Source: Woeseiaceae bacterium (GTDB taxonomy: Bacteria > Pseudomonadota > Gammaproteobacteria > Steroidobacterales > Woeseiaceae). Taken from it: DNA of 64,000 nt. The stretch covers positions 1,656 through 65,655 of the forward strand of contig JANQMR010000039.1 of assembly GCA_028279985.1 (NCBI GenBank), read 5' to 3'. A program made the position numbers and the translations under genes. Below the pieces are notes generated by a model. That model saw only the letters and a list, made by a program, of their open reading frames with translations, did not search any database and had not been told where the DNA came from. This document shows positions 1 to 10,554 of the stretch, piece after piece; within the stretch, counting starts at the first letter, position 1; every line of letters starts with the position of its first letter.

Positions 1-229
1 AAATAGATCTAGCTGCACGGAAGCAGTTTCTTTCGAGGACACTTTTGTTTTAGATCCAGCGGCCATTTCTTTAGAAAATAGTATACCGTTACTCAATAAA
101 CTTGCGTGTTAATATTTCGTCGTTTCGCGTCAATTCAAGTTCAGTAACCGCTGATTATTCTTGGGATTTCGAGCTAAAAACAGTTACTACGTCATAGCGT
201 GGCGTGCCAATACGGCAGTAAGTCCAGAC

Positions 230-261
230 AAAAAAAGCCAACCACCGCTAAGTGATTGGCC
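230..261 (-). terminator. Rho-independent terminator ending the csrA-tRNA-Ser-tRNA-Arg unit
   Basis: Minus-strand RNA reads GCCAAUCAC-UUAGCG-GUGGUUGGC (9-bp stem with one G-U pair, 6-nt loop) followed by U7 (plus-strand A-run 230-236). Confidence 0.75.
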
Positions 262-275
262 TTATTAACAAAAAT

Positions 276-352
276 GGCGCGCCCGGAAGGATTCGAACCT
301 CCGACCGCCTGGTTCGTAGCCAGGTACTCTATCCAGCTGAGCTACGGGCGCG
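276..352 (-). tRNA. tRNA-Arg (anticodon ACG)
   Basis: Reverse complement is a 77-nt cloverleaf GCGCCCGTAGCTCAGCTGGATAGAGTACCTGGCTACGAACCAGGCGGTCGGAGGTTCGAATCCTTCCGGGCGCGCCA. It has anticodon loop CT-ACG-AA, a GGTTCGAATCC T-arm and an encoded CCA. Confidence 0.95.
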
Positions 353-385
353 TTGATCTGTTCAATTCACTGGCGGAAAGATTGC

Positions 386-476
386 TGGCGGAGAGAGAGG
401 GATTCGAACCCTCGATACGCTATTAACGTATACTCCCTTAGCAGGGGAGCGCTTTCGACCACTCAGCCATCTCTCC
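386..476 (-). tRNA. tRNA-Ser (anticodon GCT), class II with long variable arm
   Basis: Reverse complement GGAGAGATGGCTGAGTGGTCGAAAGCGCTCCCCTGCTAAGGGAG...GAGGGTTCGAATCCCTCTCTCTCCGCCA is 91 nt. It has anticodon loop CT-GCT-AA, a long variable stem-loop and an encoded CCA. Confidence 0.95.
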
Positions 477-707
477 GAATTCCTGCTCTCCTAAACCGGC
501 ACACGGGACGGGGCCTCGCACTCCCCGAACCTGCCGGGCCTCCGCGGGACGCGACAGTGTACTTATCGCATTCCGCGAGGTAAACCCTGTTACCTGTGTG
601 CTCGTTCCCGAAATCCGGGAGATTGTCCCGGGAATTGGGCGCTTGCCTCGGAATCGGGGGTATCTCACCGATTTCCGAAGCCTGGCCCATTATCAGGACA
701 CGAACTC

Positions 708-911
708 CTATGACTCGCCGCTGGCCTTATCGGGCTCTTCGGCGGCTTTTTCGCTTTGGATACGCTCGAAAATCTCTTCACGGTGCACGGCCACGTCCTT
801 CGGCGCGTTGATCCCGATCCGCACCTGGTTTCCTTTCACTCCGAGTACGGTGATCGTAATATCGCTCCCGATCATGACCGTTTCACCAGCGCGTCGCGTC
901 AGAATCAGCAT
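708..911 (-). CDS. csrA: Carbon storage regulator CsrA
   Basis: 67-aa [50 protein letters not shown] is a near-canonical CsrA sequence. AGGAAG RBS before the ATG at 911. The alaS-csrA-tRNA-Ser-tRNA-Arg order matches enterobacterial and pseudomonad synteny. Confidence 0.95.
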   Translation of the reverse strand: MLILTRRAGETVMIGSDITITVLGVKGNQVRIGINAPKDVAVHREEIFERIQSEKAAEEPDKASGES

Positions 912-1067
912 GACTTCCTACTCCTGCCAGGCGGGGTTCCACCCCGTTCTTATACGCGTGGTACTTCCTTAAACCATTGTATGGTAGCCGATTTTCGGCA
1001 GGGATGCGCGTCAGGCGGCAAAAACCGCCGCGCGCCGTTTTCCGGGCCCGGAACTGGGACCGGGAGA

Positions 1068-3674
1068 TCAGGCGAGCTGTTCCGCGACCCAGTCGGGCAC
1101 GGAGCCTAGCGCCCGGTCGAGCGCCGCCGGGTTGCTGCCGCCGGCCTGGGCAAAATCCGGACGGCCGCCGCCCTTGCCGCCGACCTGCGCGGCGACGCTC
1201 TTGATCAGGTCGCCGGCACGAATCCGGTCGGTGTTGTCGCGGGTGACGCCCGCGGCAAGCCGGACCTTGCCGTCGTCCACCGAGCCCACGACGACGATGC
1301 CGCTTTCGAGCTTGTCCTTGAAACGATCGACGGCATCCCTGAGCGTCTTGGCGTCGGCGCCGTCCATGCGCGTCGCCAACACCTTGATACCGGCGATTTC
1401 CTGGATCTTCTCCGAATGGTCAACGGCCTGCCCGGCGACCAGCGCCTGCCTGGCCTGGGCCAGTTCCCTCTCGAGATGCTTGGACCGCTGCAATACCTGC
1501 TCGAGCTTCGCCACCGTTTGATCGGGTTGCGCCTTGAGCATAGTGGCCATCGTGTCGAGCATGTGCTGATTGGCGTCGATCCAGTCCAGCGCGCCCCGGC
1601 CAGTCACCGCCTCGATACGACGAACACCGGCTGCGACCCCGCCCTCCGACGTGATCTTGAACAAGCCGATGTCGCCGGTGCGTTCGACGTGCGTGCCGCC
1701 GCAAAGCTCCATCGAAAAGTCGCCCAGGCGCAACACCCGAACCTCGTCGTCGTACTTCTCGCCGAACAGCGCAATGGCGCCGGCTTCGACGGCGGCGTCG
1801 TAAGACATCAGCCGCGTCTCGGCGGCGGTGTTCTTCCGGATCTCGGTGTTGACCAGCGCCTCGATGTCGGCAAGCTGCCCGGGCGTCACGGCTTCATAAT
1901 GTGAAAAGTCGAAGCGCAGACGGTCGGGCGCAACCAGAGAACCTTTCTGGATCACGTGTTCGCCCAGAACGCGACGCAACGCGGCATGCATCAGGTGGGT
2001 CGCCGTGTGGTTCAGGCGAATCGCCTGCCGCCTCTCGGCGTCTACAACCGCTTCGAGCTCGTCGCCAACCCGAATCTCGCCGCTTTCGACCTCGCCGTAA
2101 TGCACATTGGCCTGCGCGCTCTTCTGCGTGTCGTCGACACGGAAGTGTTTGCCACTTGCAGACAGCTTGCCGGTATCGCCAATCTGGCCGCCGCTTTCGG
2201 CGTAGAAAGGCGTCGAGGACAAGATCACGGCGCCCGTATCGCCTGCAGCAAGCACTTCGGTCTCACCACCGTCCTTAAACAGCGCAACGACACGGCCCGT
2301 CGCCTCGGTGCCTTCGTAGCCAGAGAACTCACTTTCGGCGTCGGTCCTCACCATACCGCCGGCCGCCGCGCCGAATTTGCTCGCCGCCCGGGCGCGCTCG
2401 CGCTGGCCGGCCATGGCCTTTTCGAATCCCGGCTCGTCCACGCCAAGCCCCCGCTCGCGGGCAATGTCCGCGGTCAGGTCCACCGGGAAACCGTAGGTGT
2501 CGTAGAGCTTGAAGACCAGATCGCCGGGCAACTGCTTGCCGTCGAGCTTGCCGATCGCCTCCTCGAGAATCTCCATACCGTGGTGCAAGGTCTCGGCAAA
2601 ACGCCGGCCCTCTTTCTCCAGCACCTTCTCGACGTGCGCCTGGGCCTCGACGAGCTCCGGATAGGCCTCACCCATTTCCTTCGCGAGCGGCGCGACGAGC
2701 TTGTGGAAAAACAAGTCATCGTAACCGAGCTTCTTGCCGTGACGAATCGCACGGCGGACGATACGCCGAAGCACATAACCCCTGCCCTCGTTGCCGGGCA
2801 GCACGCCGTCGGTAATCAGGAACGCACAGGCACGAATGTGATCGGCGATGACGTTCAGCGAGCTCGAACCGTCGTTGGGGACGCCCAGGGTCTGCGCGGT
2901 GGCTTCAATCAGGTTCGCAAACAGGTCGATCTCATAGTTCGAGTGCACGCCCTGCATCACGGCGGAGATCCGTTCGAGACCCATGCCGGTATCGACCGAG
3001 GGCTTCGGTAACTTCTCGAGCTCGCCGTTCGCCGAACGATCGAACTGCATGAACACGAGATTCCAGATCTCGACATAACGATCGCCGTCCTCGTCCGGAG
3101 AACCCGGCGGACCGCCCGCCACCTCCGGGCCGTGATCGTAGAAGATCTCGCTGCACGGGCCGCAGGGACCGGTGTCGCCCATCGCCCAGAAGTTGTCCTT
3201 CTCCCCCATGCGCGAAAAACGCGCCGGATCGACCTTTACTTCCTTAAGCCAGATATCGGCCGCTTCGTCGTCGTCCCGGTACACCGTGACCCACAAGCGC
3301 TCGGGCGGCAGGCCCAGCGTGCCGGTCAGGAAGTCCCAGGCATATCGAATCGCGTCGCGCTTGAAATAATCGCCGAAACTGAAATTGCCGAGCATCTCGA
3401 AGAAAGTGTGATGCCGGGCCGTGTAACCGACATTCTCAAGATCGTTGTGTTTGCCGCCGGCGCGCACGCAGCGCTGCGAGCTCACGGCACGCACGTAGCT
3501 CCGTTCGTCGTCGCCCAGGAAAACGTCTTTGAACTGCACCATGCCGGCGTTGGTGAACAACAAGGTCGGATCGTTGCCGGGTACCAGCGGCGAGCTCGCG
3601 ACGACCTGGTGATCGTGTTGCGCAAAAAAGTCCAGGAACGCCTGGCGCAGCTCGTTGCTGGTCATGGATTTCAT
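1068..3674 (-). CDS. alaS: Alanine--tRNA ligase
   Basis: Track ORF 1068..3737 trimmed to the ATG at 3674 ([17 protein letters not shown]...). Full-length AlaRS features are present, including FTNAGM, the editing-domain HTATH motif and the C-terminal DHHA1 region. Confidence 0.95.
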   Translation of the reverse strand: MKSMTSNELRQAFLDFFAQHDHQVVASSPLVPGNDPTLLFTNAGMVQFKDVFLGDDERSYVRAVSSQRCVRAGGKHNDLENVGYTARHHTFFEMLGNFSFGDYFKRDAIRYAWDFLTGTLGLPPERLWVTVYRDDDEAADIWLKEVKVDPARFSRMGEKDNFWAMGDTGPCGPCSEIFYDHGPEVAGGPPGSPDEDGDRYVEIWNLVFMQFDRSANGELEKLPKPSVDTGMGLERISAVMQGVHSNYEIDLFANLIEATAQTLGVPNDGSSSLNVIADHIRACAFLITDGVLPGNEGRGYVLRRIVRRAIRHGKKLGYDDLFFHKLVAPLAKEMGEAYPELVEAQAHVEKVLEKEGRRFAETLHHGMEILEEAIGKLDGKQLPGDLVFKLYDTYGFPVDLTADIARERGLGVDEPGFEKAMAGQRERARAASKFGAAAGGMVRTDAESEFSGYEGTEATGRVVALFKDGGETEVLAAGDTGAVILSSTPFYAESGGQIGDTGKLSASGKHFRVDDTQKSAQANVHYGEVESGEIRVGDELEAVVDAERRQAIRLNHTATHLMHAALRRVLGEHVIQKGSLVAPDRLRFDFSHYEAVTPGQLADIEALVNTEIRKNTAAETRLMSYDAAVEAGAIALFGEKYDDEVRVLRLGDFSMELCGGTHVERTGDIGLFKITSEGGVAAGVRRIEAVTGRGALDWIDANQHMLDTMATMLKAQPDQTVAKLEQVLQRSKHLERELAQARQALVAGQAVDHSEKIQEIAGIKVLATRMDGADAKTLRDAVDRFKDKLESGIVVVGSVDDGKVRLAAGVTRDNTDRIRAGDLIKSVAAQVGGKGGGRPDFAQAGGSNPAALDRALGSVPDWVAEQLA

Positions 3675-3675
3675 C

Positions 3676-3720
3676 GGGAATACGTCGGGGGGAAATACGT
3701 CTTGGGGAATACGTCGGGGC
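3676..3720. repeat. 15-nt x3 tandem repeat immediately upstream of the alaS start
   Basis: gggaatacgtcgggg / ggaaatacgtcttgg / ggaatacgtcggggc, contiguous, beginning 2 nt from the alaS ATG. Confidence 0.85.
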
Positions 3721-3777
3721 CGCCGGTGGAATATCAACCGTGCCGGGGAATGAGATAAACGGGTCTGTCGACAACGG

Positions 3778-3802
3778 GCCTAGTGTAGATGAGCCTAGTG
3801 TA
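3778..3802. repeat. 15-nt-period x2 repeat (gcctagtgta core) downstream of recX
   Basis: gcctagtgta occurs at 3778-3787 and 3793-3802. Both copies contain CTAG. Confidence 0.7.
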
Positions 3803-3825
3803 CGGGAATCGCAGGGCTTTGCGAG

Positions 3826-4368
3826 TCAATCCTCGCCGCCCACCGCGGCCTGGATCTGCTCGGACTCGAAGCCGCGATACTGTAAAAATCGCATCTGACG
3901 GCTCTTGTCCCTGAAATCGGCGGGCGTGGCCACGCCGAATTTCTTCTGCCTAACGTCGGCCGCCAGCGCCCGCCAATCGACACCGGCAGATTCGATCGCG
4001 GCGTCGGTCACCGACTCGCTCACCCCTTTCTCGCGGAGTTCGGCACGAATCCGGGCCGGCCCTTTGCCCTGGTTGATCCGCGACTGCAGGAAAGACTCGA
4101 CGAAACGCGCATCGCTTTGCAGGCCTTCGTCGTCCAGCGCCTCGAGGACGACCGCCGCAACGTCCGTGTCGAATCCCGCGGTCTTCAGTTTGCGTTCCAG
4201 CTCCCCCCGGGTATGCTCGCGCCGCGCAAGCAGGTCCATCGCCTTCTTACGCGCCGCAACCGGGTCTCGTGAACGATCGCCGCAATCGCCGCAATCGTCA
4301 ATGAAATCGTCGCCGGGAACGGTAACGATTTCATTGACGATGTCGTGGACCGAGGGTTTGTTTCCCAT
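3826..4368 (-). CDS. recX: Recombination regulator RecX
   Basis: 180-aa ORF directly downstream of recA. The helical-repeat sequence ...AMDLLARREHTRGELERKLKTAGF...ARFVESFLQSRINQGKGPARIRAELREKGV is typical of RecX. Confidence 0.85.
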   Translation of the reverse strand: MGNKPSVHDIVNEIVTVPGDDFIDDCGDCGDRSRDPVAARKKAMDLLARREHTRGELERKLKTAGFDTDVAAVVLEALDDEGLQSDARFVESFLQSRINQGKGPARIRAELREKGVSESVTDAAIESAGVDWRALAADVRQKKFGVATPADFRDKSRQMRFLQYRGFESEQIQAAVGGED

Positions 4369-4427
4369 CCGGGCTGGTGTCCTTTCCCCGGCGATTCCCG
4401 AGACGCTCTACCGGGCCTTTCTTCGGC

Positions 4428-4529
4428 TCCCTAAAGGTGTCTCTCCCTAAGGTGTCTCTCCCTAGGTCTCGTCTCGGTCTCCCTAGACCCTAGGCAACCC
4501 CCCTAGGATCCCCCAGGCATGCCTAGGCC
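4428..4529. repeat. Degenerate tandem repeats rich in CCTAGG / CCCTA(A)GG in the recA-recX spacer
   Basis: tccctaaaggtgtctc / tccctaaggtgtctc / tccctaggtctcgtctcggtc / tccctagac... Four CCTAGG palindromes lie at 4461, 4489, 4502 and 4522, and the last one contains the recA TAG stop (4523-4525). Confidence 0.85.
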
Positions 4530-5557
4530 TCTTTCGCCACCGCCTCGTCGGCGACGGCCTCGACCGTATTCGGCAACAACCGCGCACGGATCTTGTGCTC
4601 GATCTCGGCAGCCACTTCCGGATTGGTCCTCAGGAACTCGCGCACGTTTTCCTTGCCCTGGCCGATGCGATCGTCACCGTAGCTGTACCAGGAGCCGGCC
4701 TTGTCGACGATGCCGTTTTGCACGCCGAGCTCGATGATCTCACCTTCCCGGGAAATACCCTCGCCATAGAGGATCTCGAACTCGGCCAGCTTGAACGGCG
4801 GCGACACCTTGTTCTTGACAACCTTCACACGGGTCTGGTTGCCGATGACTTCGTCACCTTTCTTGATCGCGCCGATCCGCCGGATGTCGAGGCGCACCGA
4901 CGAGTAGAACTTGAGCGCATTACCGCCCGTCGTCGTCTCGGGACTGCCGAACATGACGCCGATTTTCATTCGGATCTGGTTGATGAAAATCACCATCGCG
5001 TTCGAACGCTTGATGTTGCCGGTGAGCTTGCGCAAGGCCTGCGACATCAGGCGCGCCTGCAGGCCGACATGGGAATCCCCCATCTCGCCTTCGATCTCGG
5101 CCTTGGGCGTCAAGGCCGCCACCGAGTCGACGACGATGACGTCCACCGCCCCCGACCGCACCAGCATGTCGGTGATCTCCAGCGCCTGCTCGCCGGTGTC
5201 GGGCTGCGATACCAGGAGCTCGTCGACGTCGACGCCGAGCTTTTCGGCATACACCGGATCGAGCGCATGCTCGGCATCGACGAAGGCCGCCGTGCCGCCC
5301 ACTTTTTGCGCCTCGGCGACGACCTGCAGGGTCAAGGTGGTTTTACCGGACGACTCCGGCCCGTAGATCTCGACCACCCGCCCCCTGGGTAAACCGCCGA
5401 TGCCGAGCGCCACGTCGAGCCCGATCGAGCCGGTCGACACCGCCTCGATGTCGCGCGACGCGCTGCCGTCACCGAGGCGCATGACCGAACCCTTGCCGAA
5501 CTGTTTTTCAATCTGGCCCAGGGCCTGTGCGAGCGCTTTTTTGCGGTTGTCGTCCAT
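4523..5557 (-). CDS. recA: Recombinase RecA
   Basis: Track ORF trimmed to the ATG at 5557 ([28 protein letters not shown]). Walker [10 protein letters not shown] is present, and the sequence is canonical RecA throughout. Confidence 0.97.
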   Translation of the reverse strand: MDDNRKKALAQALGQIEKQFGKGSVMRLGDGSASRDIEAVSTGSIGLDVALGIGGLPRGRVVEIYGPESSGKTTLTLQVVAEAQKVGGTAAFVDAEHALDPVYAEKLGVDVDELLVSQPDTGEQALEITDMLVRSGAVDVIVVDSVAALTPKAEIEGEMGDSHVGLQARLMSQALRKLTGNIKRSNAMVIFINQIRMKIGVMFGSPETTTGGNALKFYSSVRLDIRRIGAIKKGDEVIGNQTRVKVVKNKVSPPFKLAEFEILYGEGISREGEIIELGVQNGIVDKAGSWYSYGDDRIGQGKENVREFLRTNPEVAAEIEHKIRARLLPNTVEAVADEAVAKEA

Positions 5558-5675
5558 TGTCTTCGTGTCATCCGGAGCGTGTTGAGACCAAGCAGGCATT
5601 ATTCCACAAAGCCCCGTCGCGAGCAGTAACGGCCCGACGGCGATTCCGGGCGATAGGTGAAGAAACGGACCGAAG

Positions 5676-6185
5676 CTATTGTTTCAGCGGGTGGTACTTT
5701 GCGCCGCCCGGCGCCGAGACCGACTCGATCAGCTCGAAGCCGGTCCAGTCCACCACTGCCGCTTGCGCCAGCCGCTGCGTTTCGAACGGCCGCGCGCGGC
5801 GAACGACGGTGATGTGCGGCCGGTAACGGCGCTCTTCGACCGTAACGCCCAGATCCGCAATGACCTCGTTCAGCGACTCGACCAGGCGCTCGAGCTCGGG
5901 CGACACCGTGGCACCGACCAGGCAGGCGACCTTGGAACGCGGCCAGTACTCCACCCGGTCGAAGCGGGTCCGAAACGGCTCGAAGGTCACGGCCGCGACG
6001 CGCGTCTTGAGTTCGGGAATGCGGCTTTCGGGAAAGGCGCCGATGAACGCCAGGGTCACGTGCCAATCGCCGCGATAAATCGCCTGGCCCTCGACGAGCT
6101 TTGCCACCGGGCTGATCTGGTTTCTCAGGCGGTCGCGCTGGCGGTCGTCCGGCCACAGCGCGTAAAACAGCCGTTTGGTGCTCAC
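5676..6185 (-). CDS. thpR: RNA 2',3'-cyclic phosphodiesterase (2H phosphoesterase, ThpR/LigT family)
   Basis: Two H-x-T motifs (HVTLAF and HITVVR) at the spacing typical of 2H phosphoesterases. The GTG start at 6185 forms a GTGA overlap with the pncC stop (6182-6184). The longer track ORF to 6335 would overlap pncC. Confidence 0.75.
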   Translation of the reverse strand: MSTKRLFYALWPDDRQRDRLRNQISPVAKLVEGQAIYRGDWHVTLAFIGAFPESRIPELKTRVAAVTFEPFRTRFDRVEYWPRSKVACLVGATVSPELERLVESLNEVIADLGVTVEERRYRPHITVVRRARPFETQRLAQAAVVDWTGFELIESVSAPGGAKYHPLKQ

Positions 6186-6697
6186 GGCCGCCGTTCCGCT
6201 TGCATACGCCCTCGAACCCCGTCGAGGGCGTGCGCGACGCTTTGCAGGCGAACCCGTTCGCGATCGCCGTCGAAGTCCCGGCGCTCGGCTTCGATGCACA
6301 CACCGTCGCCGCTGCGGCCTGCCCAGGCAAACCACACGGTACCCACGGGCTTGTCGATCGTGCCGCCGTCGGGGCCGGCCACACCGCTGACCGCAACCGC
6401 AAAGTCCGCGGCCGAGCGCTCGATTGCACCGGCGGCCATCTCCCGGACCACGGCTTCGCTGACCGCGCCGTGACCGCCGAGGGTGTTCTCGTCCACCCCC
6501 AAGAGCGCCGTCTTGGCGGGGTTCGAGTAGCTGACCACGCCGTAACCGAAACAGGCCGAGCTGCCCGCGATGTCGGTCAGCGCCTTGGCTATCCAGCCGC
6601 CGGTACAGGACTCGGCGGTGGCCAGCGTCTTCCCGGCGCCGCTCAGCGATCTCACGAGCCTTTCGGCCCGCTCGCGAATCTCGGCGTACTCAGTCAT
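6182..6697 (-). CDS. pncC: Nicotinamide-nucleotide amidohydrolase (CinA C-terminal domain, PncC)
   Basis: 171 aa with [21 protein letters not shown] and [12 protein letters not shown], which are typical CinA/PncC domain motifs. It sits in the usual position next to recA. Confidence 0.85.
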   Translation of the reverse strand: MTEYAEIRERAERLVRSLSGAGKTLATAESCTGGWIAKALTDIAGSSACFGYGVVSYSNPAKTALLGVDENTLGGHGAVSEAVVREMAAGAIERSAADFAVAVSGVAGPDGGTIDKPVGTVWFAWAGRSGDGVCIEAERRDFDGDRERVRLQSVAHALDGVRGRMQAERRP

Positions 6698-7775
6698 TCA
6701 GTATCGACTCGTAAAGCGCCACGTGCCTGTCCACCATCGTCTCGATCGAAAACTCGTTCCGCATACGGGTGCGGCCGGCGGCGCCCAGGCGCTGCCGCAG
6801 CGACGGGTCGCGCATCAAGCGCTCGATGGCCGCCGTCAACGCATCGGCATCGCCCGCCCCGACCAGGAGCCCGGTCTCCCCGTCCGCAACCGCCTCGACC
6901 AGGCCGCCCGCCGCAAAACCGACGACCGGGACCCCGGCCGCGGCGGCCTTCAGCGCCGCCACGCCCAGGCCCTCGCCGAGCGCCGGGTGGACGAACACGT
7001 CGATGCAACCGAAGAAACCGTCAAGATCGTCGCGAAAACCCGCAAACCGCACGATGTCGGAAACGCCGAGGCGCTCGGCCTGCTCGCGCAACTCGCGATC
7101 GAGCTCGCCTTCGCCGAACAGCACGACCCGAAACTCGGGCACCCGGCCGCGCAATGCCCGCACAGCGTCGAGCAGGAAACGGTGTCCCTTGCGCTCGATC
7201 AACTGCCCCGCCGCCGCGACGACCAGGGCATCGTCCGGCACGCCGAACTCGGAGCGCATGGCGGCACAATCCGGGTGATCGGTGAGCTGCTCCGCGTCCA
7301 CGGCGCTGCGAATCACGACCAGGCGCTCGTCCTCGACGCCGCTATCGCGCAATACGTCGGCAATCGCATTCGAGATCGCGATCACCTTCTTGAACGGCCG
7401 GTAACGCAAGGCCGCGATCAACCGCATTTCGGTATTGTCCACCCGCCGCGACACGACCGCCGGGATGTCGGCGAAGCCTGCGGCCAGCCCCCCCAACATG
7501 TCGGCGCCGCGGCGGCTGTGGCAATGCAGGATGTCGGGCTTTTTGTCCTTCAGGTACTGGGCGAGCCGATAGGCGAAGGGCAAATCCAGGTCGCCGGCGC
7601 AAAACAGGTTCCGCACCGGAATCGCGGCCCTGCGCGCGGCCGAGTCGATGCCGGAGCCGGGCGGACAGACCAGCGTACAGTCGTGACCGCGCTCGGCCAG
7701 GGCAGTCATCAGGTACAGGACCTGCTGCGGGCCGCCGTAGAGATGGCGTCCGGTTTCGACATGCAGTATTTTCAT
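6690..7775 (-). CDS. Glycosyltransferase family 4 (GT-B fold)
   Basis: 361-364 aa with the N-terminal MKILHVETG...GGPQQ pattern and the C-terminal E-x7-E region ([18 protein letters not shown]). ATG at 7775 is preferred over the upstream TTG at 7784. Confidence 0.8.
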   Translation of the reverse strand: MKILHVETGRHLYGGPQQVLYLMTALAERGHDCTLVCPPGSGIDSAARRAAIPVRNLFCAGDLDLPFAYRLAQYLKDKKPDILHCHSRRGADMLGGLAAGFADIPAVVSRRVDNTEMRLIAALRYRPFKKVIAISNAIADVLRDSGVEDERLVVIRSAVDAEQLTDHPDCAAMRSEFGVPDDALVVAAAGQLIERKGHRFLLDAVRALRGRVPEFRVVLFGEGELDRELREQAERLGVSDIVRFAGFRDDLDGFFGCIDVFVHPALGEGLGVAALKAAAAGVPVVGFAAGGLVEAVADGETGLLVGAGDADALTAAIERLMRDPSLRQRLGAAGRTRMRNEFSIETMVDRHVALYESILND

Positions 7776-7820
7776 TGGCCGCAATCATACTGCACCTGAT
7801 CGGTGGCGGCTCTTTAAAAC

Positions 7821-7864
7821 GCGCCACGAACGCGCCATGAATGCGCCATGAATGCGCCACGTAC
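7821..7864. repeat. 11-nt x4 tandem repeat in the GT4/mutS divergent spacer
   Basis: gcgccacgaac / gcgccatgaat / gcgccatgaat / gcgccacgtac, contiguous. Confidence 0.9.
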
Positions 7865-7910
7865 AGGCGCGAATCCTGTCGCGGCCTTCGGGAACCGCGC
7901 ATTTGACGAA

Positions 7911-7958
7911 CCATTCGAAAAACCATTCGATAAACCACTCGAAAAACCATTCGATGAA
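7911..7958. repeat. 12-nt x4 tandem repeat ending on the mutS start codon
   Basis: ccattcgaaaaa / ccattcgataaa / ccactcgaaaaa / ccattcgatgaa. The ATG at 7954 lies inside the last unit. Confidence 0.9.
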
Positions 7959-10545
7959 CCGAACGACAAACACCAACGTCTCCGCCGCCCACACGCCGAT
8001 GATGCGCCAGTATCTGCGCATCAAGGCCGACTATCCGGACATGCTGCTGTTCTACCGCATGGGCGATTTCTACGAGCTGTTCTACGAGGACGCGCAACGC
8101 GCCGCGAAGCTGCTCGATATCACCCTGACCTCGCGCGGCAAATCGGCCGGCAACGCCATCCCGATGGCCGGGGTGCCTTATCACGCGGTCGAAGGCTATC
8201 TCGCCAAACTCGTCAAACAGGGCGAGTCGGTGGCCATCTGCGAGCAGGTCGGCGACCCGGCTACGAGCAAGGGACCCGTCGAGCGAGAAGTCACGCGCAT
8301 CGTGACGCCGGGCACCCTGACCGACGAGGCGCTGCTCGATGCCCACGACGACAACCTCGTTGCCGCGATCGTTCCGGACGGCGACGCAACGGGAATCGCC
8401 TGGCTGGACTTGGCGGGCGGGCGCTTTCGGCTCACCGAAGTCGGCGACACCGAAGCCGTGCAGGCCGAGATCGAGCGGCTGAAACCCGCCGAGATCGTCA
8501 TCGACGAGGACCGCGGGGCGGCCCTGGCGTTCGACGAACGCATCCGCATCTCCAAACGCCCGCCCTGGCATTTCGACCTGGACAGCGCGACCCGGCTATT
8601 GTGCTCGCAGTTCGGCACCCGCGATCTCGAAGGCTTCGGCTGCGAGGGCATGGAACGCGGGATTGCCGCCGCCGGAGCGCTGCTGCAATACGTCGGCGAC
8701 ACGCAGAAAGCGTCGCTGCCGCATCTCGCGTCGCTCACCGTCGAGCGCCACGACGAGGCCGTCATCATGGACGGCCCGACCCGGCGCAACCTGGAGCTCG
8801 AAACCTCCCTGTCCGGCCACGACGAACACACGCTGGCCGCCGTCATGGACCGCTGCCACAGCCCAATGGGGTCGCGCCTGTTGCGGCGCTGGATTCAAAG
8901 ACCGCTGCGCAATGCCGGGATTCTGAAAGGCCGCTACCAGACGATCGACACGCTGCACGCCGCGGCACTCGTCGAGCCCCTGGCGGCGAAACTGACGGGT
9001 ATCGGCGATATCGAACGCATCCTCGCCCGGGTTGCGCTTCGCTCGGCGAGGCCCAGGGATTTGCGCCAGTTGGCGGAGGCGCTGTCGCGCCTGCCAGATC
9101 TCAAGGCATGTATCGCGGACCTGGATTCTCCATTGCTGCTCGCGCTCGAGCAGGCCATCGCCGAACACCGCGGCGAACACGGGCTACTCGACAAAGCGCT
9201 GGTGGACAACCCGCCGATGGTGATTCGCGACGGCGGCGTCATCGCGGCGGGGTTCGACGAAGAGCTGGACGAGCTTCGCGCGATTGCCGAGAACGCCGAT
9301 CAGTACCTGATCGATCTCGAAGCGCGCGAAAAAGCGCGTACCGGTATCCAGAACCTAAAACTCGGTTACAACCGCGTACACGGTTACTACATCGAGATCA
9401 GCAAGGGCCAGGCGGACAAGGCGCCGACGGAATACGTCCGCCGGCAGACGCTCAAGTCCGCGGAACGTTACATCATGCCCGAGCTCAAGACCTTCGAGGA
9501 CAAGGTGCTGAGCGCGCGTGAACGCGCATTGGCCCGGGAGAAACACCTCTATGACAGATTGATCGAGCGCCTGGTCGAGGTCCTGGCGCCGCTGAAGCAG
9601 ACGGCCGAGTCGATTGCCGAGCTCGACGTGCTGGTGTGTTTCGCGGAACGTGCGCTGGCGCTGAACCTCAGCCGCCCGGAGCTTGCCGAGGAGCCGTCGA
9701 TCGAAATCGAAGGCGGCCGCCACCTGGTCGTCGAACAGGTCATCGACACACCCTTCGTCGCCAACGACCTGACTCTCGGGCACGACCGGCACCTGCTGGT
9801 GATCACCGGTCCGAACATGGGCGGCAAGTCGACCTACATGCGGCAGACGGCCCTGATCGCGATCCTCGCGCACATCGGCAGTTACGTACCGGCCGAACGT
9901 CTCCGGATCGGCCCGCTGGACCGCATATTCACGCGCATCGGCGCATCGGACGATCTTGCGGGCGGACGCTCGACCTTCATGGTCGAAATGACCGAAACGG
10001 CGACGATACTCAACAACGCCACCGAAAGAAGCCTGGTATTGATGGACGAGATCGGCCGCGGCACCAGCACTTTCGACGGACTGTCGCTGGCCTGGGCGGC
10101 CGCCCATTACATGGGCGAGACGGCGCGGGCCTTGACCCTGTTCGCAACCCATTACTTCGAGCTGACGACCCTGACCGGGGAGTTGCCGGGCTGCGCCAAC
10201 GTGCACCTGGACGCGACGGACCACAAGGGGCAATTGGTGTTCCTGCACGCCGTCAAACCGGGCCCCGCGAGCCAGAGTTACGGGTTGCAGGTTGCCGCGC
10301 TGGCGGGCGTGCCGGCGGAGGTAATCCGTCGCGCGCGCGGCTATCTCGGCACGCTGGAGGCGGGACGAAACGACGGCCCCCAGGCCGAGCTGGATTTCTC
10401 CGCGTCGAAGGAAGCATCGAAGGACACGCCCGCAAAGACGCCGCCTGAAACCGATCCGCTGCGCGCCGCCGTAGACGCGCTGGATCCGGACGGGATGACG
10501 CCGCGCGATGCGATGGACGCCTTGTACCGGTTGAAAGCGCTGTAA
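7954..10545 (+). CDS. mutS: DNA mismatch repair protein MutS
   Basis: From the ATG at 7954 the product reads [43 protein letters not shown], collinear with the E. coli MutS N-terminus. Walker [10 protein letters not shown] is present. The upstream in-frame ATG at 7852 would add a 34-aa NHSK-repeat extension. Confidence 0.95.
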   Translation: MNRTTNTNVSAAHTPMMRQYLRIKADYPDMLLFYRMGDFYELFYEDAQRAAKLLDITLTSRGKSAGNAIPMAGVPYHAVEGYLAKLVKQGESVAICEQVGDPATSKGPVEREVTRIVTPGTLTDEALLDAHDDNLVAAIVPDGDATGIAWLDLAGGRFRLTEVGDTEAVQAEIERLKPAEIVIDEDRGAALAFDERIRISKRPPWHFDLDSATRLLCSQFGTRDLEGFGCEGMERGIAAAGALLQYVGDTQKASLPHLASLTVERHDEAVIMDGPTRRNLELETSLSGHDEHTLAAVMDRCHSPMGSRLLRRWIQRPLRNAGILKGRYQTIDTLHAAALVEPLAAKLTGIGDIERILARVALRSARPRDLRQLAEALSRLPDLKACIADLDSPLLLALEQAIAEHRGEHGLLDKALVDNPPMVIRDGGVIAAGFDEELDELRAIAENADQYLIDLEAREKARTGIQNLKLGYNRVHGYYIEISKGQADKAPTEYVRRQTLKSAERYIMPELKTFEDKVLSARERALAREKHLYDRLIERLVEVLAPLKQTAESIAELDVLVCFAERALALNLSRPELAEEPSIEIEGGRHLVVEQVIDTPFVANDLTLGHDRHLLVITGPNMGGKSTYMRQTALIAILAHIGSYVPAERLRIGPLDRIFTRIGASDDLAGGRSTFMVEMTETATILNNATERSLVLMDEIGRGTSTFDGLSLAWAAAHYMGETARALTLFATHYFELTTLTGELPGCANVHLDATDHKGQLVFLHAVKPGPASQSYGLQVAALAGVPAEVIRRARGYLGTLEAGRNDGPQAELDFSASKEASKDTPAKTPPETDPLRAAVDALDPDGMTPRDAMDALYRLKAL

Positions 10546-10554
10546 CCGCTTCGA

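Noticed and set aside
615-631. Hairpin CCGGGA-gattg-TCCCGG between csrA and tRNA-Ser as a csrA terminator.
   Set aside because: The stem is only 6 bp and is followed on the minus strand by AUUUCGGG, which is not a real U-tract. tRNA-Ser and tRNA-Arg appear to share the strong terminator at 230-261, so this hairpin is not reported as a feature.
353-972. ORFs overlapping tRNA-Ser and csrA (353..583, 438..668, 463..690, 596..811, 598..972, 756..1109).
   Set aside because: They overlap well-supported tRNA and csrA genes or their antisense strands and have no coding features.
5558-5675. SOS (LexA) box upstream of recA.
   Set aside because: I scanned the recA-thpR spacer on both strands for CTGT-N8-ACAG and for the TTAG-N6-TACTA type and found no acceptable match. 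Absence cannot be proven without a matrix scan, so no site is reported.
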